Shown: positions 22,158 through 35,999 of the stretch, piece after piece
How the letters are laid out: every line of letters begins with the position of its first letter
How positions within the stretch are numbered: position 1 is the stretch's first letter
Origin: Octopus sinensis
Lineage: Eukaryota
DNA: 54,091 bases
Reading direction: 5' to 3'
NCBI RefSeq assembly: GCF_006345805.1
Contig: NW_021835240.1
Location: forward strand, 1-54,091
Translations under genes and position numbers: made by a program
Notes under the pieces: generated by a model
The model's database searches: none
What the model was told of the DNA's origin: nothing
The model's input: the letters and a program-made list of their open reading frames with translations, nothing else

Positions 22158-25075
22158 TATGACTTTTAAAGAACTTTGAGACAACTCCATCCCATGTCAA
22201 GACAATTCGAATAATCTTCACTTTTGCTTCATAGAAAACCGACAGTTCGTTTGCAAGTAGGTCGTATTCGTTACTTCTACTCACTCACTGTAAACCACCA
22301 CCGAATCTATTAATAGTTGGCATATTTTTATTCTGTGTCAAAAACTAAATTGAGTAAAAAGTAAGTATACATTACTTTAAAGGACGGGATTTTGTTCCAC
22401 GATACCCTGAAACAAATAAATATTGTATCATTACTTGTGATTGAGGATGATTTCGTCTTTCATAAATATGTTTGATTTTTTTTTTAAGGCAAAGAAGAAT
22501 CAAAATAATTATTCTTAAACTCCGTTCCATTATCTGTTTGTAGAATCTCACAAAGACCGATTTCAAAACAAATTTTCTCAAAGGTTTCACAAATATCTAA
22601 ATACCAATGTTAGATTTAAATATACCTATTGCAGATTTATTTTTAACTTCTTTACAGATGACATACTTACTGTAAACATCAATGACTTTAAATATCCATT
22701 TGTAGCCATCATTTGAATCGTTAAATTTTTTAACGTCAATAAGATCTACTTGGAATCGTTCATTTGGTCTTTTGGCAAACACATGAAATTTAAAAATCAG
22801 AAACCTGCCTTCTTATTAAATATCGTGATTTGAAAGACACGGTGAACTCCGAACCTCTTCTCTCCAAACTCGAGATTAAGGACATCCTCATCCAAACATA
22901 GAGTAGACACACCCTCTTTAGAGATTCGACTGCGATTTTGAAGCAAGCCTATCATGTCCCCATCATTAAAATCCACTGCAGAGAAAAACAGGCTACACTC
23001 TCCTCCGATTCTCTTCACTTCACTTGTATGCTTTTTTATTTTTCCAATAGACTGAAGTAGTAATCTTTCCGAGCTTTGTCCATATACATAAACACACACA
23101 TTGTGTCCCCATACGGCTGCTCTGAGTAGAGATTGGTCCACAGAATATTTTCCGCACACCACAATGTCAAAGTTGTAATTATTTGGACGTATATTCTTCC
23201 TTCTATTCAACTTTGTAGAAACCTATCTATCGGTCAGGGTACGAGACAAGTGCTCTAAACCATTTGAAACAACATCTGGAACACCTCAAGGGGATCCGTT
23301 ATCTCCTATACTGTTTGTCATATATCTGGAAGCTGCATTGAGAAAACTAAAATCATACTATGAAGGAAAGATCAATGTGATGGCATACGCGGATGACGTG
23401 GATTTTATTTCTTCCGACAGGGACGCTCTGGAACGCCTACTGGAGGTGATGGCAAATAGACTTGCTGAGTGGTTCCTCAATGTAAATGTGGAGAAAACAG
23501 AATTTACTGAACTAGCAAGACAGAAGTCTAAGCTGGACGAACATTGGAGAAAAGTAAAGAAACTCAGCTGGCAATTGAAGCTGAAATTGAACGGATTGCT
23601 CGATCGACTGGTACATTCAATGCAATGGAAAACGATTGTTGTCCCGCTCTTCTAATGTCTGTAGTTTGTTCACCTCCTAACCCAGCCAGAATATCTTCTG
23701 ATAGGTCATTGGATCGGATATTGGAAGGTAGTGCTCGATTAAGAGTTGCAGAGGAGGTTGGTTGTGATTTACATGTAGAAGGTCGTGTGTTTCTCTCATG
23801 ATGCATTGAAGGAGAAATATTCTGTCACAGGCGCTGGGCATTACCGAGCGCTACGGGTTACCCGAGTGGACTTAGAAAAAAATCAAGAAAAAATACTTGA
23901 AATTTTATGTTTCAAATTAATATACTTAATTTTATCAAACACGTAAAAGAAGTTATAATTTTTTTTATGAATTTTTTTATTTGTTAAAATTATAATGCAC
24001 AAAAAACTTGCTTTAAAAATTACTATATTAAAATAAAATATATTTATTAAGATTTAATAATGTTATCTTACATAAAAACAATTCTAAATGTATCTACTAC
24101 AGATTTAATTCAAGAATAAGGCGTAAGACGTTTAAACACTAAGGCTCCAAAATTTTCATATAACGTTACACAGAAATTGAAAAACTTTTTTAATGGATTA
24201 TAACTAAAATTTTAATTATTTTTGATCTTTATTTATTTTTTTGATTCGTTCATGTGGGTTTTTTTCATTGTTCCGTCGGACATTGAAATCAATCAGATCT
24301 ATCTGAAATCTCTCATTGGTTGTGAGGCTATAATGTGGTTTTCAGGATCAACTATTTTTGCAAATCGACATATATCACATTCCGATACTACTTTCCAGAT
24401 GATTTCGGTTTAAAACAAAAAATATCTCTGATTACAAAACTCTTCCAACGTGTTATGTCCGCAATGAGTCATTTGATGAATTTGCGTAGCCACTAATTGT
24501 CACCTCATGATTGTCTGCAGAATGACTATTTTATGGTTTCCACGTGAGTCTTTAAGATATAGCCGCCCGGTAATGAAAGTAAAATTCTTGGACTTTCGAG
24601 TTAATCTGTATTTTTTTTGTTTAGATATTCCAATGATCCCCTGCTCTTCCAATATTTTAACTATATGATCATATTCTTGTACAGTTTTGACAAAACAGCG
24701 AGGCATCAAGAAAACTTTATAGAATACGCATGGTAAATTATCTATTTAAAAATTATCAAATGCTGCGCCTTTTAAAAATATTGAAATTATATATTTATTA
24801 CTTTTAAATATAATAACTAAAAAATTTAGGTTCAATTTTATAAAAAATTCTTTAAATGTTAAATTTGAGCATTCAGTAACCCGTAGCGCTTGGTAACCGG
24901 TAGCGCCTGTGACATATTCCATTATGTTTAGAGACTAAAATGCATGGATGACTAAAGATATGTTTAGATATTGGCTTCATATGATTAATAAATATTTTTT
25001 ATCACAAAATCGGAAAATTATTCTGCTATTGGGCATGCTGGGCTCATATTCATTTGGAATTGGAATTCTCATACA
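22158..25075 (-). repeat. Inverted copy of about 2667-5582 (integrase, kinesin-like, RTE fragment, complete G1 at 23823-24914, pogo fragment)
   Basis: Mirrored ORFs with coordinate sums of about 27732-27740; G1 here is flanked by TATTC/TATTC. Confidence 0.92.
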
Positions 25076-28000
25076 TGATTTTTTTTCTAAGTCCACTCGG
25101 GTAACCCGTAGCGCTCGGTAATGCCCAGCGCCTGTGACAGAATATTTCTCCTTCAATGCATCATGAGAGAAACACACGACCTCTACATGTAAATCACAAC
25201 CAACCTCCTCTGCAACTCTTAATCGAGCACTACCTTCCAATATCCGATCCAATGACCTATCAGAAGATATTCTGGCTGGGTTAGGAGGTGAACAAACTAC
25301 AGACATTAGAAGAGCGGGACAACAATCGTTTTCCATTGCATTGAATGTACCAGTCGATCGAGCAATCCGTTCAATTTCAGCTTCAATTGCCAGCTGAGTT
25401 TCTTTACTTTTCTCCAATGTTCGTCCAGCTTAGACTTCTGTCTTGCTAGTTCAGTAAATTCTGTTTTCTCCACATTTACATTGAGGAACCACTCAGCAAG
25501 TCTATTTGCCATCACCTCCAGTAGGCTTTCCAGAGCGTCCCTGTCGGAAGAAATAAAATCCACGTCATCCGCGTATGCCATCACATTGATCTTTCCTTCA
25601 TAGTATGATTTTAGTTTTCTCAATGCAGCTTCCAGATATATGACAAACAGTATAGGAGATAACGGATCCCCTTGAGGTGTTCCAGATGTTGTTTCAAATG
25701 GTTTAGAGCACTTGTCTCGTACCCTGACCGATAGATAGGTTTCTACAAAGTTGAATAGAAGGAAGAATATACGTCCAAATAATTACAACTTTGACATTGT
25801 GGTGTGCGGAGAATATTCTGTGGACCAATCTCTGCTCAGAGCAGCCGTATGGGGACACAATGTGTGTGTTTATGTATATGGACAAAGCTCGGAAAGATTA
25901 CTACTTCAGTCTATTGAAAAAATAAAAAAGCATACAAGTGAAGTGAAGAGAATCGGAGGAGAGTGTAGCCTGTTTTTCTCTGCAGTGGATTTTAATGATG
26001 GGGACATGATAGGCTTGCTTCAAAATCGCAGTCGAATCTCTAAAGAGGGTGTGTCTACTCTATGTTTGGATGAGGATGTCCTTAATCTCGAGTTTGGAGA
26101 GAAGAGGTTCGGAGTTCACCGTGTCTTTCAAATCACGATATTTAATAAGAAGGCAGGTTTCTGATTTTTAAATTTCATGTGTTTGCCAAAAGACCAAATG
26201 AACGATTCCAAGTAGATCTTATAGACGTTAAAAAATTTAACGATTCAAATGATAGCTACAAATGGATATTTAAAGTCATTGATGTTTACAGTAAGTATGT
26301 CATCTGTAAAGAAGTTAAAAATAAATCTGCAATAGGTATATTTAAATCTGACATTGGTATTTAGATATTTGTGAAACCTTTGAGAAAATTTGTTTTGAAA
26401 TCGGTCTTTGTGAGATTCTACAAACAGATAATGGAACGGAGTTTAAGAATAATTATTTTGATTCTTTCTGCCTTAAAAACAAAATCAAACATATTTATGA
26501 AAGACGAAATCATCCTCAATCACAAGTAATGATACAATATTTATTTGTTTCAGGGTATCGTAGAACAAAATCCCGTCCTTTAAAGTAATGTATACTTACT
26601 TTTTACTCAATTTAGTTTTGACACAGAATAAAAATATGCCAACTATTAATAGATTCGGTGGTGGTTTACAGTGAGTGAGTAGAAGTAACGAATACGACCT
26701 ACTTGCAAACGAACTGTCGGTTTTCTATGAAGCAAAAGTGAAGATTATTCGAATTGTCTTGACATGGGATGGAGTTGTCTCAAAGTTCTTTAAAAGTCAT
26801 ATGAACAAGTTATCCATTGAAGAAGGAACGAGGACATACATCACAGTTGTGATGAAAAGGACGCTAGAGAGTATGCTTATCGGGCACAGACATGTGATGA
26901 AGGTAGACAACGAGGAGTACGCCTCTGCCGCAATCAACTTACGGAGGTGACATCTCGTGAGGACACTCAGCTGAATAAATTATATTGACGCAGAAATATA
27001 AAATGAAAGAAAGTTTATAGAAAATTTTTCTTCCAAGCGAAGAAGAGATCACTGAAAATCTAGATTTTTAATTAAATAATTTAAAATAGGCTTGCACTTT
27101 AGAAACACAATTTCTCTGAAGTCCCTTCCGGTGTCTTTTTTTAGCGGGATTGAGACAAAATTCTTTGTCGTCGATTTTCAACTGACTTGGAACCACTCAT
27201 CGACCAACACAGACTGGCTTGTTTCCGTTCCGCCTGTCAGCCATACTCAGGCTCCTGGCTTAATGTATTCCCTTCTCCGCTTTTAATAAGTCTTAGTTTG
27301 AGGCTGAGAGGTGAGCGTGTGTGGGGGACTGAAAAGACAGGAATGCTGAAGGTCCTTATCTAACCTCTACTAACAGCTTCTTTTTAAATAAATGTTTTTC
27401 TTCAATCATTTCCAGTTTTCCGACAAATTTCAAATACAGAGCTTTTTATTTTTGATATATAAAATGCAGAAATCAGACCTTTTCGTTGTTCGGAGAAATT
27501 AGCAATTAACATACAGACCTGAATTCACAAATCAAATTTTCTATTTATAAGGGCCGCAAATTTTTTTGTTAACTTAATGAAGATAATATATTTTTTATTT
27601 CAGTTTGAACGGAACAAAATACATATGATTTTTATTTTACTGGGTACATGCACTTTAGAGTTGAGTGCTATCGTCGCAAATTTTTTATATAGCGTAATGA
27701 AATTAAAAAATGGAAGAATTTATAAACTACTTAATCATATTTTCAAAATCTGGTACAAAATTAGATGTTAAAATCCGCAGCAACTGACTTAGATGAACAT
27801 CCGTTAGTCTATTGCGGTATCTGTTCTTAATTCTAGCTATTTTGCTGAAAATGGATTTATATGCTTACGTTGATCCGAAAATTGAAGCATTCATATATGG
27901 ATTATTCACAAGATTCCTAAATTTTTCTTTATGTAGACATTGGTAAAATTCTAAGAAAAGTATTATAAAATAAGGCACTTAATTCTAAATTAGTTGTCAA

Positions 28001-31000
28001 ATCACTTAATTCCATTTGGAATCGTACAGGACATTTTCCAATTTTGACATCAAAAGATGTCTCAAATATTTTCATTGTGGATAAGTCTTCTCTAAAATTC
28101 TATATTTTATTATATTTGTAATTTAGCCCCAAAGCGGCACTCAAATTGATAAATTAAGTCGCCAATTATTGATATATATTTTTTATACGATGCGCTTTCC
28201 TTATTTTCCGAGAGCATAGGAAAAAGCAAAGAATGTCTATTTGAAAGTTGAATCTTTCACAAATATAGTTTTTTGAATAAAGAGGATATAAATCCTATAA
28301 TTGATAGCAAAGCTTGTCTTTTCTTTGTAAACCAATGTTCAAATCCAAAATACGTAATGAAAAATCAACAAAAAATTCAAGTCGGCAACCTATTTTCATT
28401 ATTCAGTTGAAGATATTGATGTTACGAGGAATAAACTCTTTAAGTTCTGAAAGCAATTTATAAAACCTACAAATAATTTATAATTATCATATAGCTTTTT
28501 AAACATACAGAACGACTCAACAATCTAACTGCAGTATAAAGAATAACATCTCCACAATCGGCATCAATATCATTTATAAAAGATTTGAAGTTTTGATGAT
28601 TGAGGGCGTTTGTCCTTATCCAATTGACGATGAATACAACGATTTTGAACATTTTCCATTTTTATTTTTTTGTAATTTAATTTTCCTGGTGAATAACACA
28701 ATGATACTATAAACCTCTTATAAACAAGATGTGGCGCCACATCCAAAAAATGATGATTGTTTTGCATATTCAGATTTAAAAAAATTTACTCTTTATTTCC
28801 TAGAATCGCCTTTCTAGAAACGCCTATCATAAATTGATTTGTATAGATTTTTTGTTAAACAAATTTGGCACGTGGATATTTCAGAAATACAATCTCCTTG
28901 CAAATTAATTGTCGATTCTCTATGAAACAGAAATAAATATTATTATCGCAGTCTTTATTTCAGATATCTGGACCATCATTGAGATATCCCCTCTGGTATT
29001 TACACTGTTGATAAGCTACTAGGTAGAATTGTGTTTTAATTAAAATTATCTTAATTTTTAGTTACCCAATTATCAATAGAAAACCTAATAAATTGTGGCA
29101 CGTGTGAGCACTCTTTTGACAAACCTTGTTGTCCTGTTACATTATTTGGTCGATCTTAATTTTTTTATTTAATTGGATTCAGAAGGGATATTTCGCGATG
29201 TAGTTTCCTTTAATGGTTAAATTATCTGAAATTTCATCATTTTGTAATATTTGCGAGTTTATTCTTTCAATATGTTTATATCGCTTATTTGAAATCTTCT
29301 AATTTATCTTTATTCATTGAATTTCACCTTATTTTTGATAGAAAGTTCTTTTCTTTATATTCTTATGCCAAACTTTTATTTATTTGTTCACAGATTTGGC
29401 GATCTGCTATTTTAGCGCCCTAAAATCTAAAATGATCAATTTCTACCAAATTTTAATCATTATTGTTATATTTTTTCTATTTCTAGACTTTTTTTAAACT
29501 GAACACGAATTTAATTATTGTTATATTATTTTTATAAATTATTATGTCACAAGCCTAGGGTGTTACCGAGCCTAGGTGGTTATACTTTTGGACTTGGAAA
29601 AAAATTCAAAAAATATTTGAATTCTATTTCAAAATCTATTTTGTCAAGATAAATATTATAAAATGACAAATAACAGAACAGAATTTTTTATTGTAAAGAA
29701 CAAGAGACTGGTACAGAATATTTTTGACGTCTATACAAAAAGATGGTTGCTCGAGGCACTCGAACTCTTCTGAGAAACGTTTATAGCTGTCCGGGAAAAG
29801 CTGGGCGGTCACTAGTCCTGATCGATAAAAAGGTCGGTCACTTGAGATCTTCTATGGAAAGACCTGATAGATTTCTCGATGAGCTGCATCGGTATTTTGT
29901 CGTGGCCTGGTGCGTTGCCTTTTGATGAACCTGGTGCGTTGCCTCTGCAGTGGTGATCGGGTGATGTTCCGACGACAGAGCGCGCGGCGGTGGCTCCGAT
30001 TCCGTGCCTTGCGGCGTTATCGGATTGGTTTCCTGGATAATAGCCAAGTGTTCTGCGAAAATGTTCGGGATTTCTTGTGGCGAAGCGGACATACCAGATA
30101 CGTTGCACAGCCTCGGGGGTCAGGATTTTCCTTCAAGGTTAGCCACTTTGCGGAAACAGTCCCAGAAATTTGGGTTTCTGTAGTCTAAGTTTTGACAAGC
30201 CTTCTGCCATTTCCTGGCTGTTTCCAGCTTTGTCACGACTTGGACTTCATAGCCAATTTTCGAGATCATGTTTTTAAGTCTACCCCTGTCAGTGGGGTCA
30301 AAACAGCGTTTGAGTTTGTTTCTCAGCCGCTTTCTCTCGTTGAGGAGAAGTTTCACTTTCGTTCTTGGAGTGGATCTTCGTGGGCGTTCAGTACATGGCA
30401 CTGTTCCGTACGATGTTAAATAATGGAGCATGAAATTGGTTAACTCATCGCTTGCATAGTCGATGTCGCTGGCAGTGTTATAGTCAGTAGGGCGAGTGTT
30501 CACATGTAGGAAAGCACTCATGGAGCTTCTGTAGTGTGGCCAGTTGATCCTTGAGAGACTGTAGCGTGTGGATATGCGTTCTTGTTTAACAGTGCTAGTG
30601 TGAATTTTGATCTCCATTGGAAGGTGATCGCTGCCGATATCGTCAAGCACTGTAGGCTTTTCCATAATGTTAGCGATCAAGTGAGAACAAATGCACAGGG
30701 ATAGGTTGTCTTCGCCGAAGGGCGATTGGTGGTTCGGGTCTTCAGATGTTCTCACAAAAACACCAAGTTTGTCAGTGATCTTCTTCAGTGTTCGACCATC
30801 CTGGTTGGTTAATCGACATCCAAACGCCGTGTGCTTCGAGTTTAAGTCTTCGATAAGAAGGCAGTGAGCGGTATTTGAGAAGAAATCGTTAATCAGACTG
30901 GTGCAGGGAGGAAGATATTTGCAGTATATTTCACCGACCTTTAGCCAGAAAGATTCGGTTTTCACCTCAAGGGAGAGGAATTCACATAGTGTCCCCTCGA

Positions 31001-32017
31001 TGATAGTAAGGTTACGGACTTGGAGTTTTTCGCAATAGAAGATGCTTGAGCCAGTCCCAGGCGTAGAGCTGACCGGTAGCCTGAGAGCTGGTAAGAGTCA
31101 TCTTCCTTGAGCTTCGACTCGTTGGCAACAATAATGTCTGGATGGCCGCTGTTCACCATCTCAACGAAGTCGTGATGCCGTCTCTTGATAGATCGGGCAT
31201 TCACAGCGATTATATTGATAGTGGCTATGTTGCTGAATTGCTCCCTTCTAGCAGGAGCTCTTGCAACATATTCATGTCCACTCCAAGTTTGGTCAGGGCT
31301 CCTACACAACGGCGAAAGAATTCCAGTAGGGCATCTCTGTTGTGTAGGTCCTGATCCGAGTGGGGACCTCGTTGTGGCAAAGCTTTGTCACGGTGGATTC
31401 CTGCCTTCATATGGGGCCAGCCGAGCGGACCACTTGTGTGTTTTGGAACTCATTAGTGTTCGACCTCGAGCTTGTGAGTGTGCTGGAGACCGGCGACGTC
31501 TGAATATAGACATCGACTTTGGACGGACTTGAGGAAGACCCTTTTGTCCAGACTGATTCTGTGATATTGGCTTTTACCCAGCGGACTGGGCTTTTGGCTT
31601 GTGGGTTCTTCGCAACCCTTGAGGCTGCTGTTGCTGCTTTGGCAGGCGGACATCCACCGTAGAACGCCAAGTGCCCAGTGTTCTTGCAGTTAATGCAAGT
31701 TTTTGCAGCTGGGACGCTCGGTATCGGCTTCGAACTCGGGCAGTTTTGGTGCCTGTGTTCTTTACCGCAGAGGAGACAACGGAGTTTGGGGGCTTGTGCC
31801 ATTCGCAGCGGATATGGCTGAAGTCCGCAGTTATTCCAAAGCGGATGAGGGTGTTGACCTCGGCTCTGGAATCCAACGTGAGTCTGCCGACAGGCATGTC
31901 GGTTCCACTGCGAGAAAATCTTTCGGACTTGAAGTCCGATTCTAGACTTTCTCTCAGGTGGAGGTTAAGGTCCTCTGTCGAGATCCAATGAGGGATTCCT
32001 TTGAGGATCAAGACTGA
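25076..32017 (-). repeat. Right arm of the ~6.9-kb inverted repeat
   Basis: Reverse complement of 10289-17234 with scattered substitutions and 1-bp indels. Confidence 0.95.
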
Positions 32018-32490
32018 GGCCTTCTCAGCTACTGAGGCAAGTTTATGGCCGCCTTCGCCAAACATATTCGATTGAGAGAGCTCTGCTTTGAATGCAGCAG
32101 CATCCTCGGGGGATCGGAATTTTAGGATGAACGTGCCGGACTTCTGTAAAGTTATCCGGGCTTTGGAAGCAGTTGGCGACTTGGATACGAGGTCTTGATC
32201 CTCTTGATCTTTCCAAGTGCCGGGTTTTCGATACTCAAAGTATGTGTGAGGCTTGAGCTGTTAACCTCAGTTGTCGTCTTATGGCATTGGGTCTCACTGT
32301 GTTTTTGAGGCACAGTAGACTTCGGAGGTTCTGTGGGATCTTCAGCTTTGATGGGTTCGCAAAAAGGCTGTGGCTTTACCGCTGTTCGTTTTTGAACTTT
32401 GGAGCAAGCTTTAACTGATGAGAGATTTTGATTTTTCTTGACCATGAACAATCAATCAATCAAATGATTTTTTTTCAATTGAAAACAAGT
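29740..32490 (-). mobile_element. LINE-B copy 2, retaining the ORF1 N-terminus
   Basis: Extends ~470 bp beyond the repeat arm to MVKKNQNL... near 32449; APE motif here reads IIVANESKLK with the catalytic E intact. Confidence 0.9.
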
Positions 32491-33094
32491 AACTATAAAA
32501 ACAGCCATTAATGACATGAACAAAGTTGAGAAAAACGTTTTAAATATGTTACTGGATTTTCTGAAAGATTTTTATGATTTAGAAAAAAAAATTATACGCA
32601 ATTTAAAATTAAAAAATTACTCATTATTTTAAACAATTTTTGTTTTCCGTTAAATTCCAAGGTTTATAATCAACAGAGTATAGTTATGTACACAAAAATA
32701 GTAAATTTTTATACGATTTTTGGAGCAACCTCTGTTTTGGAACAATTAATGTTCCAAACGAAGATTAGACTGCCAATAAATTACCACAATAATGTCTTCA
32801 ATTCATCCTTTTTGGCATTCCCTTTAGTCAAACAAAATTGGAAATAACTGTTGATGGCAGTAACGCTCTCCTCAATCAATTCTGTCCATTACTCTGTACG
32901 TCCAGTCGTACTCCCGCACTTGTTTCAGTTTGTTGCGGACATGATTCAGGAGAGCCTCTCTATACTGCACATAACAAAGTTTCTTATATTCCAGAAAGTC
33001 GTGTAAATTCATTATTTTCGAATCACCCTATATGTAAATCAGTTTAAAGTGAGTCATTATTAAAAGAAACAAAATTTAACTTAAGCTAGACTAT

Positions 33095-33400
33095 TTAATT
33101 TAGATTCTCAGTCCCGATTATTGGAATCTCTCTCCTCCTTTTAGGAGAAGAGCTTGCAACCAGTTCCTCCTCACTCTCCATCTCCCAGTCAGATAGATTT
33201 TCTATTTGTCTCATATCTTTCACCGGCGTGTCACGGCAGCATGCCACTTCTGCAAGCTGGTAAGCAGCAGAGGCGTATTCTTCGGCAGATACTCTCACTC
33301 CATGTCTGTGTTCAACTACCATGCTTTCTAGAGTCCTTTTTAAAACAACAGATTGAATATAAGTTCTTGTGGCTTTTTCGATCGATAATTTGTCCAAGTC
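33095..33400 (-). mobile_element. RLE C-terminal fragment, second family member
   Basis: MDKLSIEKATRTYIQSVVLKRTLESMVVEHRHG is homologous to the 5454-5760 fragment. Confidence 0.7.
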
Positions 33401-33529
33401 AGTTTATAGAATTAATTTATAAAAGTGAAATTGCCACATCTATGAACTGAAAGATAAAATATTTAATCATTCACAGTTAAGATATAATCAATCATGGTCT
33501 TCCTTCCGACCAGTATTTGATATTGTTTC

Positions 33530-34088
33530 TTAATACAAAAAAGAATCTTTCCACCGAGCTTTACCACTAACAAGCATCCTAAGAGTCATCCTTACTCTTA
33601 GCTGCTGTCGAGTAGATATGATATCTAAAAAATGCAAAGCAGGGGCACACTAAAGAGAACTCCCAAAAATCAGTCCTCAAAGTAGAAAGTAAAGATTAAA
33701 AATCGGCAGTTCTGGATTAGGCTGATCGATTCTGCACACACCCAAATCCACCAACAACTGGACAACCCAGGGCGAGGGAGGGACGTCGAAGTTGTTCAGA
33801 GACACGCAGGAAAATGTTCTGAAAAGACCGAGAAGAGTCTTGAGATAGCAATAAATAAATACTTGGATTGTGTCAGAACACGACATTGTTCCCTCGTGCT
33901 CAGTGCCTTTCTCATTTATTAAATTGGTCTATCAGTTGAAAAGAAGGGATACTATCGACAATATCAACGTGGAATATAGTTCTTCCTGATCGGCCAACTC
34001 TTTCTTAGCAATTTCTATTTTGCTGTCAAAAAATGATTCATTGAGGGAGTTGTAGAGTGACTCAAACCTCAAATGGTCGTCGGCATGT
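33530..34088 (-). CDS. Unidentified host-gene fragment with micro-introns
   Basis: Two 24-nt GT-AG introns (gtatcccttcttttcaactgatag and gtatttatttattgctatctcaag) join HADDHLRF...LILSI, TNLINEK...DTIQ and TLLGLFR...ELPIF in frame; start and end unresolved; no family recognised. Confidence 0.4.
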
Positions 34089-34289
34089 CAAAATTAATAT
34101 TAAAATATTATTACATTTTATATTCAGAATTTAAAATATTTATGAGATCCTGTTTTTGTTTAATGTGAAAATTCAGTTGATTGTTCGTTTGTGTATCATC
34201 ATCTACATCCGACATAACCCGATCTTATTAACAAATTTAAATAGTTTAAAAAACATGACATTATTTTATTACTTTTAAAGCATTTAACA

Positions 34290-34875
34290 GTGCTTGCACG
34301 GTGTTAGTCACTCTGGATATCGAAAAAGCATTCGATTCAGTACCGAAGAAAACTTCAACATCAAAAATTTTCTCCACTGGGATCCATCCGAAGATCAAGA
34401 TATGGCTGGCGAACTTCTTTAATAGCAGAAGTGGACAGGCTATAATGAATAACCGAAAATCAAAACAACGTACCTCCCAAACGGGGTCCCACAAGGATTC
34501 TCCTTATAACAAGAGATCTCCCAAATCCAAACGACGAAGATACAATCCTTTTATCATACGCTGACAATCTAATTATTACAGCAAAACATCAAGATTACAA
34601 AGAAGCCACGTGGAAAGATCAGGAGACGATTAACCGTATGAAGCCATGGTTTCTCAAAAACCGAATGAAGATATCACCTGGGAAATCAAGCACTACGATT
34701 ATCTCTTCATACAGGAAACATACAGCACTGGACATAAAAATAACTTGGGGTGGACAACTAATCCCAGTTAAAAGGAACCCTTCAATCCTTGGAGTTACAT
34801 TTGACCCATTAATGACGTTTAAGTGGAGTCAATTATTATTATTATTATTAGCACTGTCTAGGAACATAATGTAAT
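34290..34875 (+). mobile_element. Degraded LINE RT fragment
   Basis: LDIEKAFDSV, GVPQG, YADN, ISPGKS and SILGVTFD motifs across frameshifts. Confidence 0.8.
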
Positions 34876-34889
34876 TTTAAAAAACAATT

Positions 34890-35990
34890 AAGTTCCCACA
34901 TGTGCACATATGAGACTATCTTTTCGGTCATAATTTTCCATGATGTGCGGTTGTATGCTATACTCCTGAAGTATCTAGGTCGTCTCCATTTTTCAGTTGT
35001 CTTTTAACGCGTTGTAGTTCTTTTGAGATTACAATAGGTAGTATTTCGTGGGCGTCCTCGGGACGCAGATCTTTCGTCCTTTGCGTAATATGATTCCATT
35101 GCCCAGTGCATAAACATCCTGGTCGAGTCTTAGAATGTGGCCCAATAGGCGCCAACGTGCTTCGGTAATGTCCACCTGACGGGTCTGCTGTTGCAGATAT
35201 TGTATAGGGGGAGTTCTTGATTTTCTTTGGCCAGTTGATGCCAAAGAATTCTTACTGTCTTCTATGGAATGCATCAAGAGATTTTGATTCAGACTCAGAT
35301 ATTCCCCATGTTCCTCCGTTGTACAAAAGTATGGGTTTAATAAAAGCTTGTATAATTTGGCACGTAAGGCCGTTCCAACCTCGCGGTTTCGTAGCCAAGT
35401 GGTCGCAGTTTGTTAAGTGCAACAGTCGAGCATCTTTCTCCTCATAATGTCTTCACTATCTCCTAAAAGAGTTCCCTAACTTTTTTCGAGTTTCGCCATT
35501 TTCGTCTGTTCTATTTGCCTCCCGGTTGATTGTTACATATTCGTTTTTTCTATGTTCACTTTTAAGAACCATTTTTCCAGTGCCTGAGGAGCAATGTTCA
35601 GCAGTTCTTCGAGAGTCGACTTATCATGAGACAAAAAGTCTACATCGTCGGCATATATCACTTCAGTTATTGAAGTAGACTTCACTAGTTTTCTCAGATC
35701 TCTTAGTGCCGCTTCAAGATAGACAATGAATAGTACAGTGATATTGAATCGCCTTGGGGCGTTCAATGCTTGTTTTGAAAGATCTTGATTGTACGGGTCC
35801 GATCTTCACCGTTAACTCGGTGTCTATAAGTAGTGCTCGAACTTCTGATCGAGTCATTGTCAAGAATAGTTTTGAGGATCTCCATTAGCTTGTCTTGCGG
35901 ATTGTATCAAATGCCCTGCTCATATCAATGCCCAATAGTGGAGTCAATGGTTTCACGAATCCAATTCTCAAAGCCTTTGCCAGATCTCGA
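34890..35990 (-). mobile_element. RTE-like RT fragment related to 16565-17171
   Basis: LGIDMSRAFD, LFIVYLEAALR, IYADDVDFL, LKVNIEKT, LYNGGTW and RWRLLGHILRL. Confidence 0.8.
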
Positions 35991-35999
35991 ATATCTTCT

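Noticed and set aside
32838-33047. 69-aa ORF as a host exon
   Set aside because: No motif or consistent splice model.
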